Positions 61,961-64,000 of a stretch of DNA of 64,000 nt are shown here, piece after piece. How positions within the stretch are numbered: the stretch's first letter is position 1; the number at the start of each line of letters is the position of its first letter. Made by a program: the position numbers and the translations under genes. Source of the stretch: a virus (lineage: Duplodnaviria; Caudoviricetes); the IMG/VR virus record IMGVR_UViG_2657244976_000004, positions 11,675 to 75,674 of that record; one strand, 5' to 3'. The notes beneath the pieces were generated by a model. It was given only the letters and a program-made list of their open reading frames with translations. It was not told the origin of the DNA and did no database searches.

Positions 61961-62230
61961 ATGACCAAACTACTGACATTAGAAGAATGGGCGGAAGAAA
62001 CCTACCGCAGTAAGCAACCAACACCCCAGACACTCCAACGCTGGGCGCGAGGCGGCAATATTTACCCTGCACCTGAAAAACATGGGCGCGAGTATCGTGT
62101 ACAGCCAGGCGCGATTTATATTCAGCCTAAAAGTTATCGGCTGGCAAAAGAAATACTCAAAACGTCATCCAGCACAAGTTCGTCACTGATAGAGAGAATT
62201 AATCATGGCATCAAGGCCAAAACGATATGA
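61961..62230 (+). CDS. xis: Excisionase
   Basis: LLTLEEWA..TLQRWAR.G.IYPAP.KHGREYRV; overlaps int. Confidence 0.88.
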   Translation: MTKLLTLEEWAEETYRSKQPTPQTLQRWARGGNIYPAPEKHGREYRVQPGAIYIQPKSYRLAKEILKTSSSTSSSLIERINHGIKAKTI

Positions 62231-63314
62231 TGCCAACTTACCCAAAAATCTGACATATCGGCGATATTACAAATCTTATTACTGGCGAAATCCACTTACA
62301 GGAAAAGAGATCCCTCTGGGACAAATCGCCCGGAGGGATGCCATCTCTCAGGCCATTCAGGCTAACAACTATATTGAATCAAACTTTCAGCCAGTAGCCC
62401 TACTGGAACGATTGCAAGCCCCTGCCCCAACTCCTGCGGCTAAAGCCGAAGTTAATACCGTAGCGAGTTGGCTAAAGCGCTATTCAGAGATATTAAAGCG
62501 TCGTGAGCTGGCTGAGAACACTATGAAAATGAGAGTCCTGCAAATCGGATATATTAACCAGCAATTTGGAGATAGGCCGATCGAAACCGTTACCACCAAG
62601 CATATCGCTGATTTTATTAATACCTATGTCGATAACGGTAAAAGCTCGATGGCAGTAAATTTGCGTTCTGTTTTATCTGATGTTTTTAGGGAAGCCATTG
62701 CTGATGGGTTAATTAGCACCAATCCTGTGGAAGCAACACGCACTCCATCACCAAAAGTTAAGCGGGAACGGCTCGACTATGCTGCCTTTTGCAAGATTTA
62801 TGAGGCTGCCGGCCAACAGCAAAACTGGGTTCAACTTAGCCTGGCGTTAGCGCTGATTACCGGCCAACGCCGTGATGACGTGCGGCAACTAAAAAGAAGT
62901 GATGTACATAATGGCAAGCTTTGGATAGTCCAGAGTAAAACCAAGATGCAGATAGCGATATCGCTATCATTACGGCTGGAAATAATGAGTACCACAGTTG
63001 GAGACGTCATAGAACAATGCATGAACAACAGTAAAAGTGAATATCTCATCAGTTCGTCTAGTAAAAGTTCAGGCAGAGAACCGGGGGCATTAAATGCCGA
63101 CTCACTCACTAAAGCATTTGTTAAAGCATTGAAGGCAACCGATCTGATTTATGACATATCCCCGCCCAGTTTTCACGAGATCCGCAGCCTAGCTTCCCGA
63201 CTGTATGAAGCAGAATACGGTAAGGAATTTGCACAGAAATTGCTCGGTCACAAGTCGATGAAAATGACGAATGTATACCTGGATTCACGTAAAAATGAGT
63301 GGGTAGAAATTTAG
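62205..63314 (+). CDS. int: Lambda-type tyrosine integrase
   Basis: Arm-binding N-terminus; TGQRRDD, FHEIRSL, LLGH..Y. Confidence 0.95.
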   Translation: MASRPKRYDANLPKNLTYRRYYKSYYWRNPLTGKEIPLGQIARRDAISQAIQANNYIESNFQPVALLERLQAPAPTPAAKAEVNTVASWLKRYSEILKRRELAENTMKMRVLQIGYINQQFGDRPIETVTTKHIADFINTYVDNGKSSMAVNLRSVLSDVFREAIADGLISTNPVEATRTPSPKVKRERLDYAAFCKIYEAAGQQQNWVQLSLALALITGQRRDDVRQLKRSDVHNGKLWIVQSKTKMQIAISLSLRLEIMSTTVGDVIEQCMNNSKSEYLISSSSKSSGREPGALNADSLTKAFVKALKATDLIYDISPPSFHEIRSLASRLYEAEYGKEFAQKLLGHKSMKMTNVYLDSRKNEWVEI

Positions 63315-63328
63315 GCCGAGTATCAAGA

Positions 63329-63357
63329 TTTCGGACAAATTTCGGACATTTTCGGAC
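63329..63357 (+). repeat. Three TTTCGGAC repeats (arm-type sites, prophage 2)
   Basis: Tandem repeats between int stop and att core. Confidence 0.65.
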
Positions 63358-63389
63358 GAAGAGAAAAAATACCAATAAAATCAATAAGA

Positions 63390-63415
63390 TAAAAAGAGAC
63401 CGAATACGATTCCTA
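63390..63415 (+). repeat. att core (right end of prophage 2)
   Basis: Identical to 12937-12962. Confidence 0.92.
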
Positions 63416-63492
63416 TATTCGGTCTAGGGAAATGGCTCTTGGGAGAGAGCCGTGCGCTAAAAGTTGGCATTAACGTAGGCTTGTTCAGCCAT
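63391..63492 (-). ncRNA. sdsR: SdsR (RyeB) sRNA
   Basis: TTAATGCCAACTTTTAGCGCACGGCTCTCTCCCAAGAGCCATTTCCCT plus GACCGAATA..TATTCGGTC terminator; next to yebY. Confidence 0.88.
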
Positions 63493-63658
63493 ACTCTTTA
63501 AGAGTAGTCGAGGACATGTGTTTCGCCAACTTAGCAACAGAAGTAATTAATAACGGTTGCAAACTAATTTAAATGATACAAATTAGCCTACCAGTTAAGA
63601 AAGGTAATTATCTGTTAAATAGAAAATAAAGGCCGTAGCGATGCTCAAGTTGTCGTGC

Positions 63659-64000
63659 TTACTTTTCGCATAAAGTCATCGCACGCTGTTGGAAAGGTAG
63701 CAAACTCATCTTTTGACCAGGGTTCTCGCTATCATCTAATAATAAAATATCTAGCGGTTTCGCAAGGACATGGCCTGCTTTCATTTGTTCAGATGCAACA
63801 TCATTAAGTGGATATTGCGCTAATGTGCTGGGATTTATCACAAACAAAGCTCCCCCTGAGCGGCATTCCAACATCACCTCTTCTCGGGTAAATGCCCATT
63901 GTTTGCCAAATTCAAACTTACTGACAGTCACTATTTTCCCAGCGGCAAAAGCATTCACGGATAACATCAGTAACGATAACGTCAGCACCAAACCTTTCAT
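63659..64000 (-). CDS. yebY: YebY family protein
   Basis: [38 protein letters not shown]. Confidence 0.88.
   Translation of the reverse strand: MKGLVLTLSLLMLSVNAFAAGKIVTVSKFEFGKQWAFTREEVMLECRSGGALFVINPSTLAQYPLNDVASEQMKAGHVLAKPLDILLLDDSENPGQKMSLLPFQQRAMTLCEK

Larger units (their letters stand above)
12937..63415. mobile_element. Prophage 2: lambdoid, 933W-like head module, defective (tail genes deleted)
   Basis: 26-bp direct repeats, int/xis, full early and head gene order, truncated late genes. Confidence 0.92.

Overview
Two degraded prophages lie in tandem at the 3' end of the sRNA gene sdsR/ryeB, next to yebY. The host is an enterobacterium, probably Yersinia (inferred from a YPAL-like repeat and gene context). 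Prophage 1 (<1-12962) is a remnant with an O-acetyltransferase moron and a contractile-tail/baseplate cluster; a deletion joins the sheath 3' fragment directly to the integrase 3' fragment. Prophage 2 (12937-63415, about 50.5 kb) is bounded by a 26-bp direct repeat. It is lambdoid, with a 933W-like head (N4-gp56 capsid, portal, terminase, truncated LPD38 protein), lysis genes, Q-like, nin, replication, cI/cro/N-like, RecET and xis/int modules; most tail genes are deleted. Its cargo includes a PD-(D/E)xK protein, mazEF, two C4-like antisense cassettes, two paralogous large+small membrane gene pairs, Rpn, a compact pore-forming colicin with immunity gene, and an HNH-SIR2-KAP NTPase operon. The strongest candidates for an undescribed system are: (1) a GACCAA-box ribosome-binding motif shared by about 8 phage genes, together with a predicted complementary structured sRNA; (2) the HNH-SIR2-KAP operon; (3) three copies of a pR'-like late promoter, one directly upstream of the colicin. 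All assignments come from reading motifs by eye; no searches were run.
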